The notes below the pieces were generated by a model. The model saw only the letters and a program-made list of their open reading frames with translations, was not told the DNA's origin and did no database searches. Below, piece after piece: positions 12,290-25,129 of a DNA stretch of 64,000 bases. A program made the translations under genes and the position numbers. This DNA comes from Lama guanicoe (Eukaryota), in the NCBI GenBank assembly GCA_013239625.1, contig MU053482.1, forward strand, positions 248,001-312,000. The letters run 5' to 3'. Position 1 is the first letter of the stretch, and each line of letters opens with the position of its first letter.

Positions 12290-13660
12290 TAATTATCTGT
12301 AAACTTTTCTTCTCTTCAGAGACTGTAACCAGAAGGCCATTCTAATTCATATGTTTACTTTTTCCTATCTGACATATAAGTGTATTTGCTTATTGCCTGT
12401 CTTCCCTACTAGAATTTAACTCCACGAAGGCAGGGTTCTTATCTTTCTTGTGTGCCACTGTACGCCCAGTTCTTAAAATAGTTCCTGGCAGACACTCTGA
12501 GTATATTTGTCAAATGAGTGGACCAATGAATCCTATACCTGAAATAAGCTAGGGTCCAGGCACTGTGCTAGGCACTTACGTCATTTAACCCTCACACCAG
12601 CCCAGTGGGCTATTGTTACCTGCTTTGGTAGATGAGGGAACTGAGCACCCACACTACCAGCCACCGAGCTCTGCTGTCCCTCACCATTCCTGTTTCCCAT
12701 CCCACTACTTACCTTTTCCAAGAATATTCATTTTTTCTCCTTCAGGTTAGGTTGTGTCCCTTCCCCCTTTCCTCTCAAAATAACCTATGTGTTTCACTGC
12801 ACTTACATCATTCATTATATGTTTGTGTCTCCCTAAACTCTCAGGTCCCTGAAAGCCTCAGAAGGGATCGTCATCTTGGTGTTCACAGGAGCTACCACAG
12901 GGCCGGGAACACAATAGGTACTCAAAATGTTTTCTACAACGACTGAATGAATGGGTGGGTGACGGTGCTCCTGTCCCTAGCCAACCCCCTCCCCCTTCTC
13001 CGTTTGGTGATGCTCATGCTTCGAGAGGACCTACTGTGCACCAGGCATGGTATTAGGTATGGGAAATATGGAAGTGAACAAAACATTCTCTACTGTGAAG
13101 GAGCCACATGTAGTGGAGTTGGAGGTGAGGTGGGGGAGTAATTTCAAACAATCGCGATTAGTGCAATTAGCACCAAGATGTGCAACTGATGCTTTGGGAG
13201 CAAGAAGAGAAGCATCTGGCCCTAAAACAGGGATACCTTGCTGCATTCTGTAGGACATTAGAAATGACAGTGAAAGCACATAGCTCACTGTGACTCAACA
13301 GAACGAGGGGAAGTGGCAAGAGGTGAGGCTAAAAAATGGGCAGGGACCAGATCATGAAGGGCCTTGAAGGACACATTCAAGATCTTGAACTTTATTCTGA
13401 AGGTGACAGGGAGCCATTGAAGGGTCTGGATCAGGAGGGTGATGTGATCAGACTGGCAGTTCAAATAAAGGTCAGATGAAAGATAAAAGCCTGAACTAGA
13501 GCAGTGGCAATGGGTATTAAGGGAACAGATCAAACAGTTATCAATAGGGTAACTGTTTGCACGTGGTAGGGGAGGGAGAGAGAGAAGGCGCCAATGAGGA
13601 TTCCCAGGTTTCTGAGTGGATGACCGTACCATTCACCAGTAAAGAAAACAAAGGGGGAGC
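12290..13660. mobile_element. Old L2/MIR fragments
   Basis: L2 3'-end motifs (CTCCACGAAGGCAGGG...TTTGTCAAATGAGTG; GGGAGCCATTGAAGGG...GATGTGATCAGA) and a MIR core (GATGAGGGAACTGAG). Confidence 0.55.
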
Positions 13661-13885
13661 AGTTTTGAATGATACACAGTAAGTGCTCAATAAATAGCAG
13701 TTGAATAGAAACTGAACTTAAAGGCTGAAGACAGACTGCTTCTTTTGGATCTGTGGAATACTTTCCAAATCCAACTCAAGACAGTGCTCTGGGGTATAGG
13801 TGGCTGGTAGGAGAGGCCTGGGAATGAGTGTTAATGGAGGAATTACCCAGAATGAGAAGAGGGTAAGAACAGAATCCTGGAAACC

Positions 13886-13987
13886 GGGAAGGGGGTGCAG
13901 CTTAATGGTAGAGCACATCCTTAGCATGTAGGAGGTCCTAGGTTCATTCCTCAGTACCTTCGTTAAAAAAAGAAAAAGAAAAAAAAA
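13886..13987 (+). mobile_element. tRNA-Ala-derived SINE (Vic-1-like) with 15-bp TSD
   Basis: tRNA-like head and poly-A tail. AGAATCCTGGAAACC is duplicated at 13871-13885 and 13988-14002. Confidence 0.85.
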
Positions 13988-14333
13988 AGAATCCTGGAAA
14001 CCCCAACTTTTAAGAGGTGGGAGAGGAAGAAGAGACTAAAAGGAAACACACAAGCTGACATTTAATGAGCCCCTACAACAAAAGCCTGTGCTAGATGTTG
14101 GAAAAAACTGCAACTCTATCTTCCTAGGAGGAAAGTGCTTAAGGAGCAAGCCAGAGGCTATTTCTTTGCCCTGTCACCAGAGTTGAGCCCGGGATTCAGT
14201 GGTAACTGGAGAAATCATGCAATGATCTGTTTGAAACTGAAGCCACATTCCAGGTTCCATCGTGTCTTGTTCCTTGCACCACCTCCCCCCATCCCAGCCC
14301 CTTCACATGGAGTCTGGATAGGATGGCATTATT

Positions 14334-14339
14334 TTTATT
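14334..14339 (-). terminator. CAVIN3: CAVIN3 polyadenylation signal AATAAA
   Basis: TTTATT on the plus strand, ~200 nt past the stop codon. Confidence 0.75.
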
Positions 14340-14535
14340 GATGGTGAGTGCAAGCAGGTGTGAGTGGCTATTCCTCTTTCAGAGAGTGCTGGGCTGAAGA
14401 AGCCGGGAAGGGAGGGCCAGAGCTGGGCTGTGGATGCAGGATTCACTCCTTATTTGGATGGGAATGCTGCATTCGGAGAGGAAGATTTACTGTGGGACCA
14501 GGCATAGGCACGGGGGAGGCCGGCGGCACCAGCCA

Positions 14536-14937
14536 TCAGGCCGCACTTTCTATCTGGAGCACAGCCGCATCAGCAGCCTCAGATCTCCCGGGATCTTCCT
14601 CGGTGTCTCGCGGAGGTTCTGGCTCTGGCTTGGCCTCCAGCGCAGGCTGGGCTTCGGGCTGGCCCTCGGCACTCCGGCCAGGCCCAAGGCGAGGTGGCTT
14701 AACAGGCGTGGGTGCTGGCGCAGCAGGGCCTTTACGGCCCGATAGGGCCCTTCGCAGGCTCTGGACCTTCTGCAGCCCGGTGCGCCGCAGGCGCCGCGCC
14801 CTGGACTCCACGGGCTCCTCGTCTGAGCTCTCCTCAACTTCGGCCTCCGGCTGCTCTGGGCCAGCTTCGGCCTGTTCCGCCGGGCCTAAGGGCTCCGCCG
14901 CCTTCTGGAAGGCTCTGGCTGGGATTTCTGCCTCCTC
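14536..14937 (-). CDS. CAVIN3: CAVIN3 exon 2 CDS ([10 protein letters not shown]...LQIESAA*)
   Basis: Acceptor TTGCAG|GAG at 14938/14937. Contains [36 protein letters not shown], typical of cavin-3. Phase 0 join to exon 1; total 263 aa. Confidence 0.96.
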   Translation of the reverse strand, partial: EEAEIPARAFQKAAEPLGPAEQAEAGPEQPEAEVEESSDEEPVESRARRLRRTGLQKVQSLRRALSGRKGPAAPAPTPVKPPRLGPGRSAEGQPEAQPALEAKPEPEPPRDTEEDPGRSEAADAAVLQIESAA

Positions 14938-15340
14938 CTGCAAGTGACGGACATAGCACTGACCCTGGCAGCCCCGCTCCATCCCGCGCCCCACTCCTCA
15001 ATCACATCAGGGGAACCCGCCCCACCCTGAGCCTCCGCAGTCGGGATGAGAAAGAAAAGGCAGGCGTGGGAGAGTAGAGAGCGGAGCGGAGTGAGAGAGG
15101 GGGAGCTACACAGAAGTTTGTGGGTCCCGATTAGGGGCAGGAGACGGGGCAGTGGCCGTAGGGCAAGAACAGGAGGCGGCGGCGAGCTGTCCCGGGATGC
15201 ACTTCCACCACCGTTATTTTCCTTCGGGGATGGGCTGGGACTTGGAGCAACCTCTGGGGACGTGGCCAGAGCTAGAGCTAGGGGGCTGGGACTGGCCATG
15301 CTGGGTTCCGGGTGTGAGGGAAGGCTGGGGCTGGGCTGTG

Positions 15341-15386
15341 GGAAGTGGGTGAGGCCCTGGAAGTGGGTGAGGCCCTGGAAGTGGGT
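15341..15386 (+). repeat. 18-bp tandem repeat GGAAGTGGGTGAGGCCCT x2.5 in the CAVIN3 intron
   Basis: Perfect units at 15341, 15359 and 15377 (partial). Confidence 0.9.
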
Positions 15387-15513
15387 TCTACGAGGCGGGG
15401 GAGGATGGAGTCAGGAATGTGGGTGTGGTGGGCAGATGGGACGGGGAGTCCCGCGATGGTGGCCCGCAGGCGGGAAAAGGACCCGATTAAGGGGGACGCC
15501 TCAGGTCACTGAC

Positions 15514-15903
15514 CTTGAAGAGCAGAACGTGGAGCTTCCCGCGCGCCACCAGCAGCCCGTGGTTGGCCTCCAGCCGCTGCACCTGGGCGGCGCGGCGCAC
15601 GGCGCGCTCCTGGGCAGCATCCGCGTGCGAGCCCACGCGCTCCGCCTTGGCCAGCAGCTTCGCCAACGTGTTGCTCGTGGTGTCGTGGCTGCGACTCAGC
15701 GCGCCCAGGCCACTCTGGATGCGGCTCACGGAGCCGGCCAGGCCGCCCTGCCTCTGAGCCAGGCCCCCCTGCCGCTCGCGCAGCGCCTCCAGCATGGTGG
15801 CCAGCTTCTCCAGCAGGGTCACCACGGTGACCGCGTGCACCGGGCCCCCGGTCGGCGGCCCAGGCCCAGGCCCAGGTCCCGGCTCCAGCGCACTCTCCCC
15901 CAT
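15514..15903 (-). CDS. CAVIN3: CAVIN3 (PRKCDBP/SRBC) exon 1 CDS, caveolae-associated protein 3
   Basis: MGESALEPG...[24 protein letters not shown]...GKLHVLLFK (cavin HR1). Donor AAG|GTCAGT at 15514/15513. Confidence 0.97.
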
Positions 15904-16400
15904 GACCCCCGAGCGCCCCGCTTGGCTCTCCCCGCAGCCGCCGGCTGCGCTCTGGGCTGGGGCTGCCTTTCCCGGCTCCTCCCCAGCTCCGGCCGTGACT
16001 CAGGCAGGCGGAGTTGGGCTTCCCGGGCGGCGCGGGGGAGGGAGGGCAGGGGGCGGGATGTCGGCGTTGGGGTCCTTTGGAAGCGCTCCCCCTCCTACCG
16101 CCCCGCCCCGGGGACCCAGGAGGAAGCAGGTTGGCCCAGGATCCGCCCCACCCCGCCCGGCAAACTCTGAGTTTGAGTTCCCCTCCTCCACTCCAATTCC
16201 CTGGTGTCCCTCTTTCTGGAAAGTACTCTTCCCATGGCAAAGGGCGAGCCATGGAAAATTTTGTCGTGTGCATCGAGTGGGCAGAGAAACTATGTTAGCA
16301 GGGCAAAGGGACAACCAAAGGGACCTCCGCAGCCGCCTACCCTGACCTCCCACGCCTTAGAGGGTTGTGTTTGCTCCCCCAGGCTGGGCGCGGCAGGCAG
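15904..16400 (-). promoter_or_regulatory. CAVIN3: CAVIN3 5'UTR/promoter within a CpG island (~14500-16400)
   Basis: CpG-rich. GC boxes near 16050, 16100 and 16143; AP-1 TGACTCA at 15996-16002. Confidence 0.7.
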
Positions 16401-18367
16401 GGAGGCTCTGGAATGTTCCGCTACAGACCTAAGACTGCTTAGGTCTGAGGCCTCACTCTGATCCAGCAAGCCACGTAATGTGGACAGCGGAGGGGCAGCG
16501 AGGGTGGGGAGGCATCCTCTGGTATTTTCCTAACAGTCATCCGCAGGGTCTGGCCACAGGCCTCATTTCCTGCGTCTCTAGTTCCTGCTGTTGGTTAGCA
16601 TTACCCTGTTTTCTTTCCTTTAGTTCTCTTCCCTCCCTCCCTTTGAGCCCATCAGGGCCTAGCTCCTGCACCCTAAGCTTGGAGAGCAAGCAGGACCCCT
16701 TTCCTGTGAAATCTTTAAAAGGGTTAGAGTAGATTCTGAATGTCTTTGTTCTCCTGGAGCCTGATTGTGGCTTCCGCCTGATTTTCTTCCCTCCTCTGGA
16801 AATAGGTGAGACTATCTGCTGAGACTGAGGCAAATTGAGGAGACAGGGAGAGAGTGGGCAAAGAGGATTCACTTAATGATGTGGGTCGTGAATTTGTTAC
16901 ATCATCAGTTTGGAGAACCGCGTGCCTGGTTCTTCAGCAACACCTGGTACACTGACTGCCAGGCACAGAAGCCCAGGCAGTCTTTTGGTCCTGATGTTCT
17001 CTCTCCTTCTCACCCAGTCTGTGAGGGCCACCTGATAATTGTGGAAGGAACTGCCTCTCAGGGGAGAGTTACACAGGCCTGAAAGGACCTGAGATCTGAT
17101 TTACACAGAAGTACAGTAGATGATGAGCAGCTCTTGCTAGAAGTCTGGTGATGCTAAGTTGATGACTGACTTCTCCAAATACAGGGTCATAGAGTCTGAC
17201 CCCTCGGCCCCTTGGGAGCCTAGTGGGATTCACCATCTCCTCCAGTGGGTCTATGTTTGCTCAGAGAGACCCATCAGGTGTGCCAGTTGAAATACTTTCA
17301 AACTAAGAGAACAGAGAACCTAATTCAAACAGTTGTCAGAAATAGAAAATCCAATCCAAACATAAGTGGAAAAAGACCATTGTAGAGTGGTGATGAAGTA
17401 TAGGTCAGGCACAGCTCTCTCAGCTATGCCCTCTACAGGTGTCAGCTTCATTTCCAGGCTGGGAGCAGGGTGGTTACAGAGGTTCCAGGCCTCAGATCTC
17501 AGCACAAGACCAAGAGAAAAGAGGAGTCTGTCTTAAAATAGAAGACATTTATTCCTCAGAAGCCCCCCTAGAATTTTTCCACTGGCCTGCCACTGAGCTA
17601 AATGGCCATTCCAAAACTGAATTCTGTGGCTATGCATTGGTGGGCTTAAGCCTGAGTTCCTCAACCCATCACTGACAAGAGAGCTGATAACTAATTACCT
17701 TTTGACAAATTAGGCCCACTTCTAGGGCAGGGTATGGTCAGCTTCCCCAGGAGCATATGGGTGGTATGGGTGGAAAGGTGGATATGTATGTAAAGCATCT
17801 GAGTATTGCTAGGGATAGTCAGTCAAAAATATCTGCTACACGAAGCCTATGAAAGAATCACCAGCCTTGAGGAATGGTGCTAAGGGAGTCCAGTGCATCT
17901 GGAAACAAGAACTATGTGGATAGATATTTTCCAAAGACCTGCTAAATTCCTCTCTGGGTATGCAGAACAAGGAGGACCTTAAAACTTAGCAATAAAGCCA
18001 CTGATTATTCCACTGATCTCCCCAAACCCTCAAGTATCAAAGCCATAGGAACTAGCTGATATTGGCAAATAGAAGCCCATGAGGTGGGTAAAAATGACTT
18101 GGGGCAACCCAGAAGAATGCCCTGAATCAACACAGCCCAATTGACAGGCAGTATAGCAGTGTGACCTTGATCACAGAGTATCTCAGAAAAAGCCATATGG
18201 CAGTTTCCCCAGTAAGGATGAGAAAAGAGAGCAAGGATGCAGAATGATGTCTCCAAGGTGGTGCGACCTGATCTTAGTTTAAAGATCTCTATTCTCTGCG
18301 TCAGGGATGTGATTGGGACCCACTCACTCAAACTCCTCGGTATAGGTGTGAAAAAATACAAACCCAC

Positions 18368-18806
18368 TGATGTGGGTTTATCATGTCCCCCATAAAAGAT
18401 GTGTTCAAGTCATAACTTTTGATACCTGTGACTGTGTTCTTATTTGGAAATAAGGTCTTTGTGAATGTGATCAAGTTAGATGAGATCATATTAAGGTAGG
18501 GGGAGCCTTTAATCCTTTATGACTGGTGTCCTTATGAGAAGAGGACAAGAGACACACAGGGAGAACACCATGTGACAATGGAGGCAGAGAATGGAGTGAT
18601 GCTGTCACAAGCCCAGGAACGCCTGCAGTGACCAGGAACTGAAAAGGCCAGGAAGGAGCCTCCCCTAGAAGCTTTGGAGGGAGGCTGGCCCTACCAGCAT
18701 CTTGATTTCAGACTTCTAGCCTCTAGAACTATGAGAGAATGAATTTCTGCTGTTTTAAGCCACCGTTTGTGGTCACTTGTTTTGATAACCCTGGGAAACT
18801 AACATA
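18368..18806 (+). mobile_element. ERVL-MaLR MLT1 (B/C-like) solo LTR
   Basis: TTTGGAAATAAGGTCTTTG...GACTGGTGTCCTTATGAGAAGAGG...AGAACTATGAGAGAATGAATTTCTGCTGTTTTAAGCCAC...GGAAACTAACA. Confidence 0.85.
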
Positions 18807-19149
18807 CCCATTGATTAATCACCGGGATCCCTGCCCACCAAATGCCCTCTCTAGTTAATTCTGCTGACTTACTAGCAGATGCTGGTGGAGAGATCCACCA
18901 GAAGTTGCTGGACTGTTTTGTTCATTGGAACTCTCTGTCTCACAATAGCAATGCAGCCTGACAGTCTTTAATTATGCGATGGGGAAAAAAATCTAAAAAA
19001 GGAGGAGAGATGGCTGTGTGAGTTAATTATCCAAGAAACTTCCTTGACCCTGAGCCTCACTTTCAGCTGCCAGACAAACAGGGATATCTTCCAGGGACTT
19101 AACCTTCGAATTGAAAGTAACAGCGTGCATAGTAATTTGTATCTGATAA

Positions 19150-19345
19150 GCAACAGGGATATACCTGCTGTATGGCACAGGGAACTATATTCAACATCTT
19201 GTAATAACCTACAATGGAGAATAATCTGAATATATATATATATATTGAATATATATTATATATGTATAACTGAATCACTTTACTTTACACCTGAAACTAA
19301 CACAATATTGTAAATGAACTCTACTTCAATTTTTTTAAAAAAAGG
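19150..19345 (+). mobile_element. 5'-truncated artiodactyl-type L1 3' end
   Basis: CACAGGGAACTATATTCAACATCTTGTAATAACCTAC...AACTGAATCACTT...CCTGAAACTAACACAATATTGTAAAT plus an A-rich tail. Confidence 0.75.
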
Positions 19346-19684
19346 TAGCAACGTGCAGCACAAGCAGAACCAGCATTCAACAGGGAATGAGCCTCAGTGG
19401 ACAGGCACTGCCTTCCCCTCTTTGTCACAGACATCCTGTCTACGGAAGGGGTAAGGCTGTTTGTTCCACACAATGAGGGAGCTCTGTGCCGCTGGCAATT
19501 AATAAAAGGGCTATAAGTTTGGAGCAACAGGAAGTGAGAATCTGTACTGACTCCAGAAAGCCAAATAACCAAATGGATGGAAGATCCTGGAATGGTATAT
19601 TATGACCAAGAAGTTTGGGGATGGCTTTTATGACAAGAATCAGGCATATTATTCCATCAAACATCTATTTTTTGCATCTTATAT

Positions 19685-20152
19685 TTTAGTGGGTTGGATA
19701 GTGTCTCCAAGAAAGATACGTCCAAGTCCTCACCACCAGTGCCTGGGAATGTGACCTATTTGGAAACAGGGTCTTTGCAGATATAATTAAAGTTAAGTAT
19801 CTTGAGATGAGATCATCCTAGATCTAGGGTGGGCCCTGCATCCAGTGACTTATAAGTGCCCTTATAAGAAGAGGAAAACACACAGAAACACAGAAAAGAA
19901 GGCCATGTGAAGACTGAGACAGAGATTGGAGGGCTGTCTCGAACCCAGGACCACCCACGATCGCCAGCAGCCACCAGAAGGAAGGAGAGAGGCATGGAGT
20001 GGATTCTTCCTCAGGGCCTTCGAAGGGTTCATGGCCCTGACAACACTGATTTTGTACTTTTGCCCTCCAGAACTGAGATGGAATACATTTCTGTTGTTTT
20101 AAGCCACTAAGTGTGTGGTCATTTGTCACAGCCGCCCTAGGAAATTATTACA
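19685..20152 (+). mobile_element. ERVL-MaLR MLT1B-like solo LTR
   Basis: GAATGTGACCTATTTGGAAACAGGGTCTTTGCAGATATAATTAAAGTTAAG...TTTCTGTTGTTTTAAGCCACTAAG...GCCCTAGGAAAT. Confidence 0.85.
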
Positions 20153-21749
20153 CATATGAACACATATCAGAAAGATTAGAGCAAAAAAAAAAAAAAAAAC
20201 CAGTTTTAACAACCAAGTAAATCCATCCATATGCCATGGACGGCTCAGAGCATCTTGCACTTGAGGTGGGGCCCAGGAGCCCAGAACTTAGGAGTTGTCA
20301 TTGCTGCTGGAGCCAATTGTCAGGATGTGGGAGTTGAGCTCCTCCTGCAAAAATGTCCTGGGACATCCAAAAGGCAAAGGCCTGGAAGTTACTGAATAGA
20401 CTCTATTGAACTTCTTTCTGTAATCTGAGGAATTCAGTGAGCTCTGACAGGGGGAGGCCTCGCCTGATTTGAGCTTGCATTCCTGGGCAAATCACTCAGA
20501 AGCCACCATCAAAGCCCGGGCAGGCCTCTACCTTGATCTAATACGGCCTTCCTCGACTACAGCCCTTGATCTAGGAATTATTTTACCACCCACATAATAA
20601 AGGACAGGACAGACCATTAGGGAATGGTGGCCTTACCTCTCATAGGCAGCCCTGTAGACTGAGAGGTAGAATAGGGCGTTGAAGACCGGCTTAACAGGAA
20701 TACCATGGGTAGCAATTCCAGACCCGTGGTGACTTGCAGGAAATTATATGCAGCTGGAGTCCTGCAACTGCTTTTATCTTAGTATGAGCATCCCCCTGCG
20801 TCTCGGGGGCTGGGTCTAAGGAAGGAGAAGTCATTATGAGCCACCTAATACCTACCACAACAGGAAAATAATTTGACTCATAACACTGAGGACTGCATTA
20901 GTTGGATGATGTTTACTTATGAAATTTTGTTTGAAGAATAACTGTCATTTGCCTGGTGTCAAAAGAAGAGATAGTTGCTAATCCTTTCAGCTAGGGAAGT
21001 GGGACAAGCAAGCCTACCTGGGCAAAGAACGGCACTGATGTGTCTGTTCCCTCCCCCTTTAAGGCAGCTGGCATGGTGTAGCGATATTGCACAACGCAAA
21101 GTTGCCCTACTGAATATTTCTCATCCTATTTGGAGTCAGTGGATCTCAAAAGCAGAAGAGAAGCTCTCAGAACCAGACCATATGGATAACAATCCATTCA
21201 CAAAGCCAGCCTGGTATGACAATCATGAGGTTTTGGGAAAAAAAAAAGAAAACAATGTTTAATAGGTCTGCAAGCTTACCCATTTAACCTGAGGGTGAGA
21301 ATGATCCCTGAGACTAGTAGAATGGTCCCTGAGGCTGGTGCCCCAGCATTTTGGCATCAAACCCCACCCAGATCAGTGTGATGGTATCACACAATCCACT
21401 GGGTGATTACCCCAGAGGTAATATACTATGTGAAATCAATCTACTACTGGCTATTCAACTGCCTGTTTGAGGGAGCCGCAAGCTTGGTTGTGATTCCTCT
21501 TCATTGCAGGGGGTTGGATGGAGGAAATAGTCCTTGACATAGCCAGAGCACACGGTTTAGATCGTTTTCCTGTCACCAAGTTGTGTCTAAACCACACAAT
21601 GAATGAGCCAGAGAGCAATGAGCAAGGCCCTCTTGCCCCAAAAGAGTGAGAGGACTGCTTCACACCTGCACCAGGGGAAAGAGACCAGGGAGGGGGAAGA
21701 GGGGCTGATCCTGAAGCCGTAAACAGGGAAGATTTAAAATGTCAAATAT

Positions 21750-21984
21750 AGGCGTTTGGGGTTGACAGATGCACATTGCTATGTATAAAATAGATGAACA
21801 ACAGGGACCTACTGTATGACACAGAGAGCTGTATTCAGTTTATTGTAATAAGCTGTAATGGAAAAGTATCTGCATATATATTATTTATATATATATATAT
21901 AGCTTTGCTGTACACCTGAAGCTAACATTGTAAATCAACTACACTTCAATTTAAAAAAGATAAAACTTAAAAAATAAATAAAAC
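21750..21984 (+). mobile_element. 5'-truncated L1 3' end with 14-bp TSD
   Basis: L1 3'UTR motifs and an A-rich tail. AAAATGTCAAATAT occurs at 21736-21749 and 21985-21998. Confidence 0.8.
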
Positions 21985-22730
21985 AAAATGTCAAATATTG
22001 TGAGAAAGAGGGAAAGAGACAGAGAGAAAAAGAAGTAAGTTAAACCTCACAAGTAGAGGTACAGAAACAGCTTGGATTAAACATATTCAAAATAAAACAA
22101 AGTTAAGCTAAATTTAAATTCAAATAAAAATCCAATGCCAAATGGATAACAAATTAACAACTGAGTTTATGAAGTAAAGGTGGGCTTTATTTTGCCTGTC
22201 CTCTCTAACGCATTTAATGTTGCCCATGCTTTTAACCAGTGCCTATGCTGGTCAGGGTTTACCAGGTGGTGTGCTGCCCAAACCTTCATACCAGAAGAGG
22301 CTGAACCTGTGGTGAATTATCGTAGAGTTATGCCAAAGGTTTCATTAGCCTTTACCACCAGACATGGCAGAATGAGAAGTCATACCAGGGGTTCCTCTCA
22401 TTCTACCCATATTTCTCCAGGCTTCTGTTATAGTGGATCCTACTCAGGCATCACTTTTTTGCAACAAACAGAAGCCACATCATTGGCTAGACCTCACCAA
22501 ACTGCTCTTCCCAGGATGAGAAAATCTTCAGCACTGGGTACCCTGCAGTGACACTGGGACAGCATCCACATCCCTTTGAGGCACTATGGCTTGCAAACCT
22601 ACTTCCCAGAATCCATTTCTCTTCTAGACAAGGATCAGTTGGTTGCAAGGAACAAAAACTACCTCGGTTGACTTAAGCGAAGGTGGGTTATTGTAAAAGA
22701 ATTAGCAGCTACCCCAGCCCCCAAAGCAGA

Positions 22731-23023
22731 CTGTTGAAACAATTTATTGAGTCTGGAGCCCTTCCTGAATTAACACAAAAAAGGAGCCATTAAAGGATAA
22801 TATAACTTATTTATTATTTCAATAGCTTTTCAGGCAGAGCAGGAAAGAAACCAGACCTCTTTTCTGCACAATAATAGGGCCCACTAACTCTGGGGAAAAG
22901 GCAAGACGCCCTTCTAATTGAGGAAGTATATCCTTTTTCAATATGGGTTTAGATTGTACTCTCTAAAAATTAATGTCTGTTCCTGGGAGCAGTGGATGGG
23001 CTAGGATAACAACTCTATTAATC
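22731..23023 (-). mobile_element. Probable solo LTR, antisense
   Basis: TG...CA ends and an AATAAA on the minus strand near 22742. No clear TSD. Confidence 0.35.
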
Positions 23024-25129
23024 AAGTGAACTGATGTGATTCCTGCTCACACATGTAAGAATACTGAAAAGGCAATCCGGCCAGGAAGACCTAAATTCAC
23101 AACTAACAGACCCAGAGGCTCTTCATCCTCCTCCTCCACTCCCCTCCCCGCTCCTGTACACAGAATCCTGCAAGGTTTGGGTGACATCATATTGAATTGG
23201 CTGAAGTTCTGGGGGCCCAACTCCAATTGACAGTCTCAGATTTAGGACTTTGGGTCGGATAAGAGTGGTGAATTTGAAGAGAGAGATCCAAGAAGCGAGA
23301 TCCCTTCCTGTGACAGGTGTGGAAATTAGTGGTTTTGAATGGAGCAAATTTTAAAAGGAGGCACATGGAGAAGGAAAGTTTGGCTATCTGAAAGCCAGGG
23401 AGCTTGTGGAGGATCTAGATCTGTAGGTACCGTCCCTCCTTCGAGATGCAAAGAGAAAGTCTCTGATAGGAGTTTTGTCCTTCCTTCTTTGACATCAAAA
23501 TCTCCTTTCTGAAACTGCTTCAACTCCTCAGTAAAGAAACCTGCAAATACTGTGTTGAGACTAAAGGGAAAGAACAGTAAGGGGCAGAAAGATCTACCCA
23601 ACCATCTCCTCCTTTGATTGATGGGAGGGAGGCAACAAGCCGGCTATAATGTGGCGCTCCCAGCGGTGACAGGCCAAACGGCTAGCAGGGAGAAAACACC
23701 CACAGAGACAGGGTAGCACTGCAGAGGTGACAGATTTGAAGAGGCCGTAAGACTGAAGCTCTGGTGTCTTGGTATAGATTAGAGGGCGCTACCCTCTAAG
23801 AGAGGGCGTGAGGGAAGCTGGCCATTCACAGTGACCAGATATCATCTGGCTACAATTAGTTCTGAACCCCAGTTTCAAGTCCAAGTTCTATACACTCTGA
23901 TACACTCCTCCCACTCAGGTACCCACCCACCCACTCTCTCAGGGCTCCCATATGCCCTCTTGCTGCCTTGATTTTCACAGGAATCTGGGTGTCAAGCACA
24001 GCCCCTTCATCAGTTTTCACCGAGAAAACTGAAAATTTCTTATTTCAAGAGATCTGAAGTTTTGGAGGGTCAGTCCTGGGACATGTCACATCAATGTCAC
24101 AGACTCCGCTTCCCATGCTCTGCCTCTGGCTCCTCCCTCCCTCTCCAGAGGAATCCACAAAGCTTTCCCTTTCCCCTGCAGACCCGCTGGCTTCCAGCTT
24201 CTACCTCAAATGAGCCTGTCATCAAAGTTCCCCCCAAAAACTACAGAGCTCTCTCTCAGAATGGTCTGTCTCAAATGACCATCTCACAGACTCTAGGAAC
24301 AAGAAAAGCCTGGGGGACTAGAACCAGGAGGTCAGAGAGGCAGACTTCTCCCGCTGATTCTCCACTAATTCTGATATCTCTCTTGTCCACCCCTCTCCAT
24401 GTGCCCGCTCCTCGCTGCATCCCCTAAGCTGACTCTCTGTGTCAACCTACCAGCAATGCACCGGGTAGGAAAATGGCCATCTCAACCTGGTTCACGTGCC
24501 CTCCATCACATGTCTTGGTTGAATTTCTTGAGTGATAAGGAGAATGAGCATCTAACTAACAGCCTTGGGTCAGGTCCCATCAGCTGTGGGAATGAGATGA
24601 ATGTGGTAAATGGGGCCAACCCTTACTGGATCTGTGAGCAAGGCAGCTACAAAAGCTTGTTGAATAAAAGTAGCTTGTCTGTGTATCCTTGGTGCCTGTT
24701 GCAGACTTTAGGGGTACCAATAAATAATACCCTTCCATTTCCTGCCAAAGTTCTGAATCAGCTGAGAAATAATGCAGAAGAATAAGACCCTGAGAGATCA
24801 AAATAACAACAGCACAGCCGATGAAGCGAATATTGACAAACGTGGCTCTGTCCTTTAGTGAACGGGCTTCTTGATCTTGAACTCCAGGATTAGGGAAATT
24901 AACCCACCCACTCTGTGCGAGAAAACTACAGCTCTCCCCGTTCCCCACCTGTCCCCCACCCCTATCCAGGGAAGGCCCCTATAAATTTTACTTCACAGAA
25001 GGGGAGAGCAGAGTGTGTGTGTCCTGGGGAGCCTGGCTAAAGAGGGTCAGGGGAGCTGAGTTGAGCATGCCCAATTCATTCGATTCATTGTCCCAAATTT
25101 ACCAAAGAAGTGACCCCTTTGCCCCAGAG

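Noticed and set aside
1..14000. CCKBR or olfactory receptor exons expected from synteny
   Set aside because: No GPCR-like translation seen; probably outside the window.
15046..16170. 374-aa plus-strand ORF and other long ORFs over CAVIN3 (14348-14947, 15506-16273, 15794-16345)
   Set aside because: Antisense or alternate-frame shadows in a GC-rich CpG island; low-complexity G/R/P content and no recognisable domain.
22731..23700. Second processed pseudogene suggested by a minus-strand AATAAA at ~22742
   Set aside because: No poly-A tail or TSD and no recognisable protein in the minus frames; an antisense LTR is the simpler explanation.
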